Below are positions 13,201 to 25,011 of a stretch of 64,000 bases of DNA, in pieces. Made by a program: the position numbers and the translations under genes. The stretch spans positions 434,001-498,000 of the forward strand of contig LSRY02000037.1 in NCBI GenBank assembly GCA_001643675.2, written 5' to 3'. The notes under the pieces are model-generated. The model saw only the letters and a program-made list of their open reading frames with translations. It did not search any database and had not been told where the DNA came from. Within the stretch, counting starts at the first letter, position 1. Each line of letters opens with the position of its first letter. This stretch comes from Monocercomonoides exilis PA203 (Eukaryota > Protista > Preaxostyla).

Positions 13201-16200
13201 GATTCAATTGATTTACATGATTCACAGAGCTCACAGAACTATTCATTGAACTGCTCATTGTGTTCAACTGATTCACAGAATTCATTTGATTCATCTGGTT
13301 CATCTGATTCATCTGATTCATAGCCTTCTGCTCAGCCATCTTCGCCTTCCTCTCTGCCATCTCCTTCATCACGCTCTCCATCCGCACATGCTCCTCCAGC
13401 GTCATCACCCGCACTGGCAGTGAATTCTCGCTCTCTTCTTTCCTCTGCTGCATCGCTTTCCTCAGATACGCCCCGGCTTTGCTTCGGACAAGAGAAGAAG
13501 AAGAGGAAGAATTCATTGCCAAGGAAAAAATAGAGGCAGCTTCAGCAGCTTGGCCGATAGTCATTGGATTGACAGGGGGAGGAGAGAGGGAGGAGATGGA
13601 GGCGAAGGCTGAGGAAGCAGAAGAAGAAGAGGGAAAAGAACAGGAAGAAGGGAATGGAAAAGAAGAAGAGGAGGAAGAAGAAGGAAAACGAGGGTTAAGC
13701 GAATAAGCAGAAGAATTTAAATTCTGATTCTTATTCGAATTCGAATTTGAAGAAGAAGCATGTGCCAAAGGCAGAGGGAGAGCAACCATGTTGTTGAGGT
13801 AGCTGTATCCAGTTGAAGGAAGAGGAAATTTGTTCATTTTTTCTGATTGGATGAGAGGATGGTTGGAATGAATCACTTCTGTTTGTGGTTTAGTCATGTC
13901 GGGTGGGTTTGAAGGAGGAAGAGGAGAAGAAGAAGAAGAAGAAGAGGAGGAGGAGGAGGAGGAAGAGGAAGAGGAAGAGGAAGAGGAAGAAGAGGAAGAA
14001 GAGGAAGAAGAGGAAGAAGAGGAAGAAGGGAATAAGTTATCTTTTCCTTCAGGTAAAGGTTGTGATATCGATTGAAGCTGGTATTGTTGTTGTGTTTGAG
14101 ATTGAGATTGAGATTGAGATTGAGGCTGTGATTGTGATTGTGATTGAAGTGTGGAGTGAGGTTGAATGTTTGAAATGGAATTGGATTGAGGTTGAGATGA
14201 TGAAATGATTAATTGTTGTGAAATGGAATTCGAATTGGATAGAAATGGAGGTTGAGGTTGAGGTTGAGTAAGAGAAAGAGAAAGAGAAAGAGAAAGAAAT
14301 GAAGGGGGAAGATTTGATTGTGATTGAATATTAGATTGAGGTTGTGATTGTGATTGAGGTTGTTCATGAAATGAAGCAGAAGAGTCGAAAGGCGTTCGGC
14401 CGAACGCTTGTTTGTAAGCAGAGACAGGAGAAAGAGAACGAGATGGGGTTGATTCTGAATGGGAAGTGGGGTTTGGTTGAAATGATGATTGAAATGGAGG
14501 TTGTGGTTGGGGTTGAAATGACTGATGAAGAAGGTTAGAGGTTGAAGTGGAATTTGATGAAGTGGAAGTTGCTGTGATATTTGAAGAAGAAGAAGATGAT
14601 GGTGATGGTGATGGTGATGATGGTGAAATGTTTGAAGAAGAAATCGAAGAAGAAGAAGAAGAAGAAATTGGAATTGGAGCAGATGTTACCAAAGATAAAT
14701 CACTTTGCAATTTTTGTGTCTGTTCCACTGAAGGAACTCCAAATGGCATTTGAATGCCACTTCTATCAGTTTCAAAGGATTTTGAATGAATATCTGAATT
14801 TTCAAGTGTATTTATTGGATTGTCTATCTTCGTTGAATCTTTGTTATTGTTAATGCTACTGGTGATGTTAATGCTATTTTTTGTATTATTATTATCATTA
14901 TTACTATTACTATTACTATTATTATTACTACTACTACTACTACTACTATTACTGTTATTACTGTTATTACTATTATTATTACTACTTTTATTATAACCAC
15001 TTATTTTATCACAATTACTAACATTATGATTATCAATGCTGCTTTCTTTTATTTTATCCTCTTTATCCACTTTATCCTTCTTTTCATCTTTATCATTACC
15101 ACATTTTTCCTTTTCAATGCTTTGTTTCTTCATTTGATATTTCTCTTTCGAATCTTCGTCAAAGAAGATCAAAGGAGGTGTGCTTGATTCAGAACCTTCT
15201 TGTTTAGTTTCTGTCTTTTGTTCAAATATCAGCTCAATTTCTTCATTCTCTAATTTTTCTTTATTTTTATTTTTATCTTTATCTTTTTCTCTTTCTCTTT
15301 CATTTTCTTTTTCTTTTCCATTTTCTTGTTCATTTTTCGTTTTTATCTTATCTTTTTCATCTTTCTCATCTGCGTTGTTCGTATTGTTTGCAAATGCTGC
15401 TTTGTTTATTTCATCATCATCTTCCTCCTCCTCATCTTCTTCTTCTTCTTCCTTCTCTTTCTCCTCTTTCATCATTTTGTCTTCTTTTCCTTCTCTTTCT
15501 CCCAACTCCTTCAATTGCTTTTCACTTTCTTCTTTCTTCCCTTCTTCTTCTCCTTCTCCTTCTTTCTTCTCTTTTCCTTCTTTCCCTTCTTTCCCTTGTT
15601 TCAACTGAAACCCATACATTAAATTCCTCAGCCCAAATCTTCCGCCCATTTTGATTCCGGCAGCGCCAGCTGCGGATTTATCCGAATTATCCGAATTAAT
15701 CACATTACTCGTTAAATTTCCCACATTTTGTGAATTAGCAATATTTGTAGGATTTGCAGCATTTGTTGCATTTGTGGAATTAACTGCTCCTCCTCCTCCT
15801 TCTACACCCGTCATCGCTTCTCCTTCTTTAACTGCTTCCACTGCTGCTGCTGCTGAAGCAGAAGCCGAAGCCACAACTGCAGCATTAACCGCATTCATCC
15901 CATTCACAGCATTCATCTTCCTCTCCTGCTCCCTCCTCATCTTCCTCCTGTCCATCACATGCTGCAGCTTCCTCAGGTACGTCTGCATCATCACTGAGTT
16001 CGGGTTGTCCCGCAAATACATCTGCACTCTGTACATGTCGCTCTCCACCTCAAACTCCGGGCGCAGGTACTTCGAGCTCGGCTCCAGCGCCCTTAAGATC
16101 ATCCGCTCCCACTCTCTTGCTGAGGGGCAGTAAGGACAGTAGAACTGGGGAGAAACACGAGAGAGAGGGAGAGGGAAGTTCGGGTTGCGCTTGCAGAACG

Positions 16201-17548
16201 CCCATTGCGTCTGTCCCACAGAGACGGTTGAATGTGAGTGGGTGTGGGAAGAAGAGGAAGTGGTGGCAGCGGTTGTTGCAGCTTCCTTGCCAGATGCCTG
16301 AGAAGAAGAGTGTTTGCGTGCAATGGGTGCGGTTTGGGAGAAGATGCAGCCACCGCCGTTCCACTCGAAGATGCCGTCGCAGATGAAGTACTCTCTTTTG
16401 GCCAGGCTGGTGAACATGGAGCGCAGATACTCGTAGTTCGGGCGCTCGTTGAAGGCGAGGCCTGGAGGAAGAAGAAAGGAAGGATAAAAAAAGAGAAAAA
16501 TAAGGAGAATGTGGAGGAGAAGAATGGATGAATGAGTGAAAGACGATTGGTGAAGAGGAAGAGGAAGAGGAAGGAAGAAAATATTATCGAGTTTGCGTAA
16601 CGTGTAGAGCAATAAAAGATTAAAGATAAAAGATAGAAATTGAAAACAATTCATTTAATATTCAAAATAAATAAATTAATACATTTGTCTTGTTTGAACA
16701 ATTCAATTTCACAAACCTCTCGCATATCCGATCAGCTTCTTGAGCTCCAGCGGGACGTTGCTGCACATCACGTCCAGCGGCATCGTCGTCTTCATGTTTT
16801 TCACAATCATCCCCTTCGTCTTCTTCGAGAAAGGGCGGAATCCCTGCCAGGGGAGTGAGCCTTTCATCAGGTACAGCAGTACATACCCCAATGACTCGAT
16901 ATCATCACGGCGCGACTGGTCGCGCCCGTTGTGCACGTTGACGCTCACATAGCGCAGCGTGCCTGCCATCCCGCGGCCTGTTCGAAACGGTATGTGCTGC
17001 TTGGTTCGGCTGTCTCTGTACCGTTGAGCCAGCCCCAGGTCAATCATGAATATGATTGATTCTTCATCACCTCTTCCAATAACAAAATTTTCGGGCTTTA
17101 AGTCTCTATGGACAAAGTTGTGGTCGTGTAGCGTATGAAGGCGATCAATCATCTGCAATGCTATCTGCACCACAGTTTTTAGACAAAATGAATAATTACA
17201 CATTTCAAATAATTTCGCAATACTAGGCCCAAACAAATCCATGACCATGTAATATGAATCATTTTCGAATCCGCAGTAATAAACTCTTGGAATACCAGCT
17301 GATGAGCCCATTGATTGATATAGAACGGCTTCTTTTCCAAGTTGAGGACGTCGAGTTGTTTTCTTTTCAACTTTCACCGCAACTGGCTTTTTCGTTACCA
17401 TATGAATTCCTTTGTAAATTTCACCAAACGAACCAGCACCTAAAGGTTCACCAAAATTAATACCGTAAACTTTTCCAACAATCCAGTTTTCTGGTGAAGA
17501 TTCGGCTAATTTCGGTAAAGATTTTCCTTTAAGTTCGTTAGGCTTCAT
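5786..17548 (-). CDS. Casein kinase 1 family kinase with ~3,500-aa low-complexity C-terminal extension (~3,835 aa)
   Basis: Exon 1 (17548-16717) has GAGSFGEIY, VAVKVE, HRDLKPEN, DLGLA, GTLRYVSVN and SRRDDIESLGY. Intron 16716-16462 (GTTTGT...CCAG, phase 1) joins to GLAFNERPNYEYLR, the CK1 C-lobe end. The frame then stays open to TGA at 5786. Confidence 0.9.
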
Positions 17549-18672
17549 TGTTCAAAAAGATTGAAAATTTATATCGTTTTCTGCAACTTATCAGTAAAAA
17601 AACAATTTTGTTCAAAAATAATAAAAATGTGTATGAATTGTGGTTTATTTATATATTGTTATATAAATAGATCATTAAATGGCAAATGAAATTTGAACTT
17701 CTGGATTGAGATTTTATTGATTTTTTTGATCCTTTTGTTATTTAAGTGAATGTTAAAGAAAATTCATATTCACCGAGGAGATCATTGGATTGTTGTTGTA
17801 TGTGAACAAAATTGTGTTTTTCTAAATGTTTGAGTGTGATGACAACTTTTTCTGCGATTCCGAATAAAGCTGTTGGCTTTTAATGATGGACTGCGTTCGT
17901 CTGATATTAAACATATTTTTTTTATTTTTGCATTTTTGTGTATCAATATAAAATAATCATTATTTTGTGTATTTGTTATTCAAAAGAAATAAAACGATTT
18001 AATTATTGGTTACCAAGTTTTCGCAAGGTATGAAATATGAGTATTGATTTTAGAGTTTTCAAGATGATGAAACAAAAAAATCCAATTTTGAGGGGATTTC
18101 GATCTTTAAATGAAACCAACAATAATCGAGCTCTGTTTTCTGACATTTTTAAATTTTATTTTTTATATTTTAATTAAACTTTCGTTTTGAAAAATTATTT
18201 CATTTTTTCAGTATTTCTGGATTTTTTATCTTTATGATTATCTTTCATTAAGAAATAAAAAGAAATGTATGCAAATATATAAATTAAGATACTTTGATGT
18301 TTTGAAAGAATGATGATAAAATGAGACATTTTGTTCGATGGGCTTTGGCTCAAATGAGAACTAAACTCTTTAGGCACTTTATCTGAATGTAAGTATTTTG
18401 AATTTTAAAAAAATTTTTTGTAATTTTTTTTTCAACTTTACAAAATTTAACTTTTTCTTTCTTTTGTTTTTTCACCCTTACATTTATTTATTAATACAGA
18501 CATTTCAACAAAAAATTTTTTATTTAAAAAAAAACAAAAAATGAACGCGTTTGGTTATAAAAATACATTTTTGGAAAAAAATTAGTTTCAACAAAATAAA
18601 AAAATATAAAAAACATACTGACATAATTATGAGGTGAATAAAAAATAAAAACAATGTGAAGAGAGTAATCTT

Positions 18673-21600
18673 TCAAGTTCTTGCGCTAACATGAGTCTGC
18701 TTGAAAGAAAAAGCAGGAATAGAAGGAGCAGGACGAGGTGGGTTTGACATGTGAAGTGGTTGGTTCTGAGCATCGTTTTGGAGTGTTTGTGAGAGAAATG
18801 AAGTGTTGAGGTGATGAATAAGCGAGAATTCCGGTGAAGAAGGCGGGGTTGGAATTGCTTCAGACAAAGAGGAATGTGAAGTGAGGAAAAAATCCGAAGC
18901 AGAAGAGAAAGGATGCTGTTCTGCTTGTGAATGCAGCTGGCCTTGTTTGAACGAGCTGGCGAGGATTTCTCTGCCCAGTGCATAGAAGCACTTTCTTATT
19001 CTCGTGTTCTCTTCATTGAGCAGACCAATACTCTGGTCAAACGACTTCATCAGGATATCTCTTTCCTCCAGCTGCTGCCGGAACGCCTGTGTCGTCACAG
19101 CCATCAGCTTCTGCTGCTGCCTTTGTTTTTCTTCCTCCTCCGCCTTTTTCTTCCTCTTCTCTTCTTCTTCCATCTCCTTCTCGTCCATCAGACTCACCTC
19201 ATCATCCATCCTGTTGCCCCATCCTCCTCTCTCAAAGCTGTTTCCCAATGACATTCCTGCTTCTCCTCCATTCACTCTCTGTCTACCCATCCTCAAATGC
19301 GACGGTGTGAACAGCGCCTTCACACTCAGCGCCTGCCTCATCCTCAACACATCTGCCTCTGCCTGAGCCTTCTCCAGCTCCGCCTGGATCCTCTCTGCCT
19401 CTTCTTTCGCCCTGCCTCTTTCTTCCTCTGCTGCTTTTCTCTCTTCCTCCAGCTGGGCTGTGAGAGCTGACACATCCGCATCTCGAGTCGCTGCAGCGTG
19501 CTGAGCCATCGCCCTTAGTCCCCTTTGGATGCGGAGGAGAACACGAATGCGCTCACACGCTGCTTCTGGGAATGAAGGATCGATGTTGTCATCTTCGTCT
19601 TCGGAGTCATCTCCATCTCCATCTTCATCTTCGGATTTATCCAAGCTGTTATCTTCAGATGCATCATCATTGTTTGGTGCATTTTTGTCCTCATTCTCAT
19701 TTTCATTCATTTGCTTCTCATCCAATTTGCTATCTTCAGCATCAATCTCCATTTCTCCCTCCTCTCCATCACTTCCATTTTTCCCTCTCCCTCTCCCTCT
19801 TCCTCTTCCTCTTCTTCTCGCCTTCCTCTCCTCTCTCTCCTTCCTCATCATCACAACAGACTCAAACTCCCCCCTCACTTCCTTCATCTCCTTCTTCATC
19901 GCCTCCACCTCCTTCTCTCTCTCCGCTTCTCTCTCCTTCAGCCCTTCGTTGATCCCCATCAGCGCTGCCCGCTCTTCATCCTTCTCTGCAATCAGCGCAG
20001 CCAGTGCCGCATTCTCCTTCATCAGCCTTTCGCTCTCCTTCTCCAGCGACTCCATCCGCTGCTTCCATCTCATCCCGTCCAGCGCCTCTGCTTCTGCTTT
20101 CTCTTCGGCCTCTTTTCTTCGCGCCTCTTCCTTCGCCAGCTGGTTCTTCAGCAACTCTACTTGCTTTGCTGCATGCAGCGCTGCTTTCAGTGCGATGTTT
20201 GCAGAAGAAGCAGAAGAAGACGAAGATGATGATGAAACACGCCTCCAGTTGGACTGCTTGCCAATGGTGTTGATTGGATACAGATCAGCTTTTTTGGATT
20301 TTGCCTTTTGGAGTTCCGTTTGTATGTGATGATGTTCAATTTCATTATTCTCATTCTTTGCACTTTTTTCTTCATCTCCTTTTCCTTCTTTGATATTATC
20401 CTCTCCTTCCTTTTCCCCTTCCTCATCATCCTCCTCATCCTCCACTTTCTCCCACACGCCGTCTTCCTTCAGCATCTCCTCCATCCTCTTCACCTCTTCG
20501 CGCAGATGCCCGTTCTCCACCTCCATCACCTTCACCAGCTTCGCCTTCTCTTCAGACTCGGCGATGCGCTCCTGCGCGCTCCTCAGCTCTGCCTCAGCCA
20601 CTCTCCTCTTCTCCTCCTCTTCTGACAGCAGCTGCGTCAAATGCATCAGCCTCTCCTTCAGACGGCTTGTTTCGCGCTGATGCTCAGAGGATGCAAGAGA
20701 AGGCTGGTCATATGTGTGGGAGACGAGAGGAGAAGAGATGGATGATAGAGCAGAGGAAATAGAAGAGGATAATGGTGAAGAAGAAGGTGAAGAAAGAGAA
20801 GAAAAAGAAGATTTCATTGGAAGATCAGCTGTAAGAGGGATGCCTCCGCTTTGCAGCATTGTGAGGTCATACACTTTCTGCCGCATTTCATCCAATTCTG
20901 TCGACATTTGCGCTATTTTGTGTTGCAACTCTGTCTTCTCCTCTTTGCTCTCGCTGAGCTGCTGAAGGGCTCCGTTAAGCTGGCGCTGAAGAGATGCTGA
21001 AGCTGCCGATGAGGGCGTTCTTAAATGGGCTGGAGTTGAATAGACAGTCGACGCAACAAGTGGAGGATACGCCCCACTGCGATTCTGCCGAAGTGAGCGT
21101 GGTGTTGGAGCAGATGGTGAATGTGAAGGTAAACTTGATGGATTTCTAATAGGAGTTTGATATTCAGGTGATCTATCAGGGGTTCTTTCGGCTGCATTTT
21201 GTTGAGGCTGAGGACTTGGGACCACTTGATGTATTATTTCGTCCAATGCCTCGATTGTTGAAGAATCAAGTTCAGGAATTGTTTTTATCATTTCCCTTCT
21301 TGTTTCCATATTGGGATGATAGCATCCAATTGCCAGAAGAAGTTTTAGTAATTCCAGTAACGTGTCTGATAAAAAAGGTATTTTTATTGTTTGGATAAGG
21401 TTCACATAAAATTGTGATAGTTTTTCAGGAAATTTCGTATTTATCCATAAAAGCAACATGTTTAAGCAATTCTCTGGATTCGGCTTTACGTTTTCATCAG
21501 CTCCAATTCTATAAATAACATATTAATGCATAAAAAAATAACATCACTTAATAGATGAAATAACAAATATTTAAACAAACATTTGCGAAACAAGAAGAGA

Positions 21601-21711
21601 TATATTTTTCCCATCTTCTAAATCTTGAAACGATGTAATTGCTTTTGGAAAAATATCTAACGATTGCATCCATTTAAGTAATGAATGTGAATAATCATCA
21701 CTTTCAGCCAT
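18673..21711 (-). CDS. HOOK-family-like coiled-coil microtubule/dynein adaptor, 2 exons, ~988 aa
   Basis: Exon 1 (21711-21581) MAESDDYSHSLLKWMQSL...SFQDLEDGK resembles the Hook/CH N-terminus. Intron 21580-21509 is in phase with the 928-aa ORF. Long coiled coil follows. C-terminal EENTRIRKCFYALG...SFLSQ resembles the Hook motif EEKLI-x-x-AWY-x-x-G...SFL-x-Q. Confidence 0.65.
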
Positions 21712-21818
21712 AAATGAAATATGTTTATTTTCGATATTCAATTAAAAATGGCCCATATTATTATTTATTGACTGTTGGGATCAAGTTAACCATTTCCTAA
21801 CCGATATAGTTTAAGTTT

Positions 21819-24024
21819 ATGATTGCAATCCCGTCCATAACCTCTTTTTTGAGAGAACTCTCATCCTATACAAAAGAAGTTGAACTTAAAATTTCATCTG
21901 TCAGAGATAATCAAAAAAAGAAACCTCCAGAAGGAGTTACAGGTCAAGAACCAACTCTATACTTTTCTGAGCAGTTAAACGAGATACAGCATGAAATAAA
22001 AGAATGTGAGCCAATTGTTCAGCATCATAAGCAGACAGAAACATTGCTATCGGCAGTTGATTTTTTAAATGAAAATTTGAAACGGTCGTTACTTCATTTT
22101 GGAAAGTGTTATGATCAGTATGAAAAATTTTTTTGTTTTTTTGACGAGATAAACTCTTTTCAAAATTTTAAATAGAGCCCTGCAAACCACAACAGGTACA
22201 AAAATGCTTCAAGATGAATCAAAATCTGGAGTTTCCATGCTTTTGGACCACTTAACAGCAACGCTAAAGCAAGACAGATCGTCAACAATGAAAAATGCAA
22301 TGGAAAAGCTTCATGATGAAGAATGCAACGCAAACAAAACCATATTTTCGACCTTTTCTCAGTTTCCTTCGCCTGTCATTCCAACAAGGCAAGCCGAACC
22401 TTATGATTTTCATACACCAACAATTCCTAGACTCCCTATCAGCAACTCAACTGCGCAATTTTTAGCCCATTCAACACCTCCGTTTGTGCCTTCTGCATCC
22501 ATTTCATCACTTCAGCCTGCAAACACATCTCATTCATTTGTCACCCCACCTTTCATTCACTCAACAGCATCACTTCCACAAAATTCCATTGCAAGCAAAA
22601 AAACTTCTTCAGATTCCAGCGCAAAACCTGCAAATGTTAGAGAGAAAAAAGTCTCTTTTTTGCTTTCTTCGCAAAATGCTCCAGGCAAAAGCGACTCTGC
22701 AGTGGGAGAAGAAATCCCCACAAAAATCTTCTCTTCTTCTGCTTTTCGATCCGTTCAAGACTTTCAGTGCTGCTCAAACAACATGCACCAACAGTCAGAT
22801 GGATCAAAGCATTCCCTTCCAATCTCTTTTAATCAGTCAGATCAGAATAGTTCTTCTTCCAATTCTTCTTCTGCTTCTGCTTCTGCTTCAACATCTTCCA
22901 CTTCATCGTCCACTTCATCTTCTGCACCTATCACAGCTCTGTCTGCATTCGCCTCTTTTGCATCATCTTCGTCCTCATCTCAGCCTCTATCATCATCCTC
23001 ATCATCCTCATCACTGTTATCCTCGTCATCATCTTCTTCTTCTTCTTCTCCATCTTCATCCTCTTCATCATCATCCTCCTCCTCTTCCTCTCCTTCCTCC
23101 TCTCTCACTTCTGCCCCCACTCTATTCCAAACCACCGCATTCACCGATGAGCCCCACATCACTGCGCTTTCGCAGCTCCTCACAGAAACCGACCAGATGT
23201 GTGTGATGGTGCCTCGCCTGTCAGATGTGACACAGCAGTTCACAGCGCTAAGACCGAAGAAAGAGGAAGAGCTGTTTGGGGCGGAGACAACGACCACAAA
23301 GCTCTCGAAGAGGAAGAGCGAGGCGGGAGGGGAAGGGGAAGAGGAAAGGGAGGGGGAAAGAGATGAAGAAGAGAAGGAGAAGGAAAAGGAGAAGGAGAAT
23401 GAAAGGGATAAGGAAAAGATGGATGGAGAAGAGGAAGATGTTACAGCATCAAAAAGGAAGATGAGAAGGAAGTCAAAACGGAAGCGTCTGGTTGACGAAA
23501 GCGATGTTACAAACAGCGTTTTGAATGTGCATATTGAAAGTTCATCATCAGCATCTTCTTCCTCTTCCTCTTCCTCTTCCTCCTCATCCTCATCCTCTTC
23601 ACAAAGCCCTTCTTCTTCTTCTTCTTCAAACTCCCTCTTCTCCAGCGAAAAGAAAATACGCGTTTCTGTCTGCAAATTGATCCGTTCAGTCACTTTGGAC
23701 GAGTTCAACAAGCTTCCCCGCTACATCAACCGCACGCTGAGTGTGGAGCAGATGAATGGTGCGATCGGAAAGATGAACAAAGAGCTCGAAAGTTCTCCTT
23801 CTTCTGTGTCTTCTGCACTTTCTGTGGGAAGTGAAGACACAAAAGATGGGAGGGACAATAAAAATTCGGAGCTGTATATTTCACTGAAGCAGATTGAGAA
23901 GGCACTTGGCGATGACCAGAAGAAGAAGCAGATCGTGCTTGGTTTGATTGAGCTGAAGATATTCCGGACAGAAGCAAAGGACGGAGATATTTATTATTCC
24001 ATTCATCGGTCTGAAGGCGAGTGA
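21819..24024 (+). CDS. SKA1: SKA1-like kinetochore microtubule-binding protein, 2 exons, ~715 aa
   Basis: Exons 21819-22117 and 22176-24024 (GTATGA...AATAG, phase 2). N-terminal coiled coil. C-terminal IRSVTLDEFNKLPRYINRTLSVEQMNGAIGKMN matches the SKA1 microtubule-binding-domain signature (IT-x-x-EF-x-x-VP-x-YM-x-x-RL-x-x-x-Q-x-N). Start codon uncertain. Confidence 0.75.
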
Positions 24025-25011
24025 AGAGGAGGAGGAGGAAAGATTAAAGAAGATGGAAAGAAGGGGTTAGATGGGCAGTTGCAATGGTTTGTCATTTCAA
24101 AGTGTAGTATTTATTAGATTTGTGTTTAGATCATATCATAATGCATCATGTCAAAATCATATCAAATTATTTTGTTGTTGTTACTCTACTTGTGCATTCA
24201 AAGTTGTATTTATTTGTTAATTCAAACATCAATCTTCATTTTTAACTTCATTTTATACATCTCTTTTCTCACCTTTATTTTTCACCTTATTTTGTAAATT
24301 TTGCATTTTTTTAATTTTGCATTTTTTTCTTTTCTTTTTCTTGCACACTTTCTTTTTTGTTGTCAATGCAAATATTGATTGAGATGAAAAGAATGAAAAA
24401 TGATCGTGCAACTTATAAGCTTTAATTAATAGAAGTCGATAATCCAATGAATATTCCTCTTTTATTTAAAAATCACAGATAGAAGAAAGAGAAAATGACA
24501 AATGTGATAAAATGTTGATTTGACTGTTGAAACAAATTTTCAGTTGAAATTTTGAATTTTCAAGTGTTGAAAATGCAAAACATGTTGGAAAATTGACGAT
24601 TTCATTTCAAAATGCAATGGAAAATATCAGAAAAAACACGTTCTTTGAATTATTGAAGCTCATATCCAATAAGAAAGTCCACGAAGTGCCAGATTAACTT
24701 CAAAGAAAAATTTGTTATTGGGTGAATCCTGCTCAGTTCTTTTCAAATAGAAATATCATCATTACATTTAAAAAAAGGATGAGACGAATTTGGAGTAAAA
24801 AATCAATACGTCAGTGGTTTTGAATTTTCAAAATAAAAAGGTGATTATTTTCCAACAAAATACAATGAAATCATTCAATTTTTTTGAAAAAAATAAGAAA
24901 AAAAACAAAAAGAAAGAAGAAAAGAAAAGGAAGTTAAGAAAAATAGAAAAGAAAAGTGAGAAAGATGAAAATTATTAATCTGTTATCATCATTGTCATTC
25001 ATTCGCTTATT

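Noticed and set aside
5790-16531. Many plus-strand and alternative-frame ORFs over the CK1 tail (also over HOOK-like, SKA1 and 62-64 kb)
   Set aside because: Shadow ORFs from stop-free GAA/TCT repeats, with no independent coding signal.
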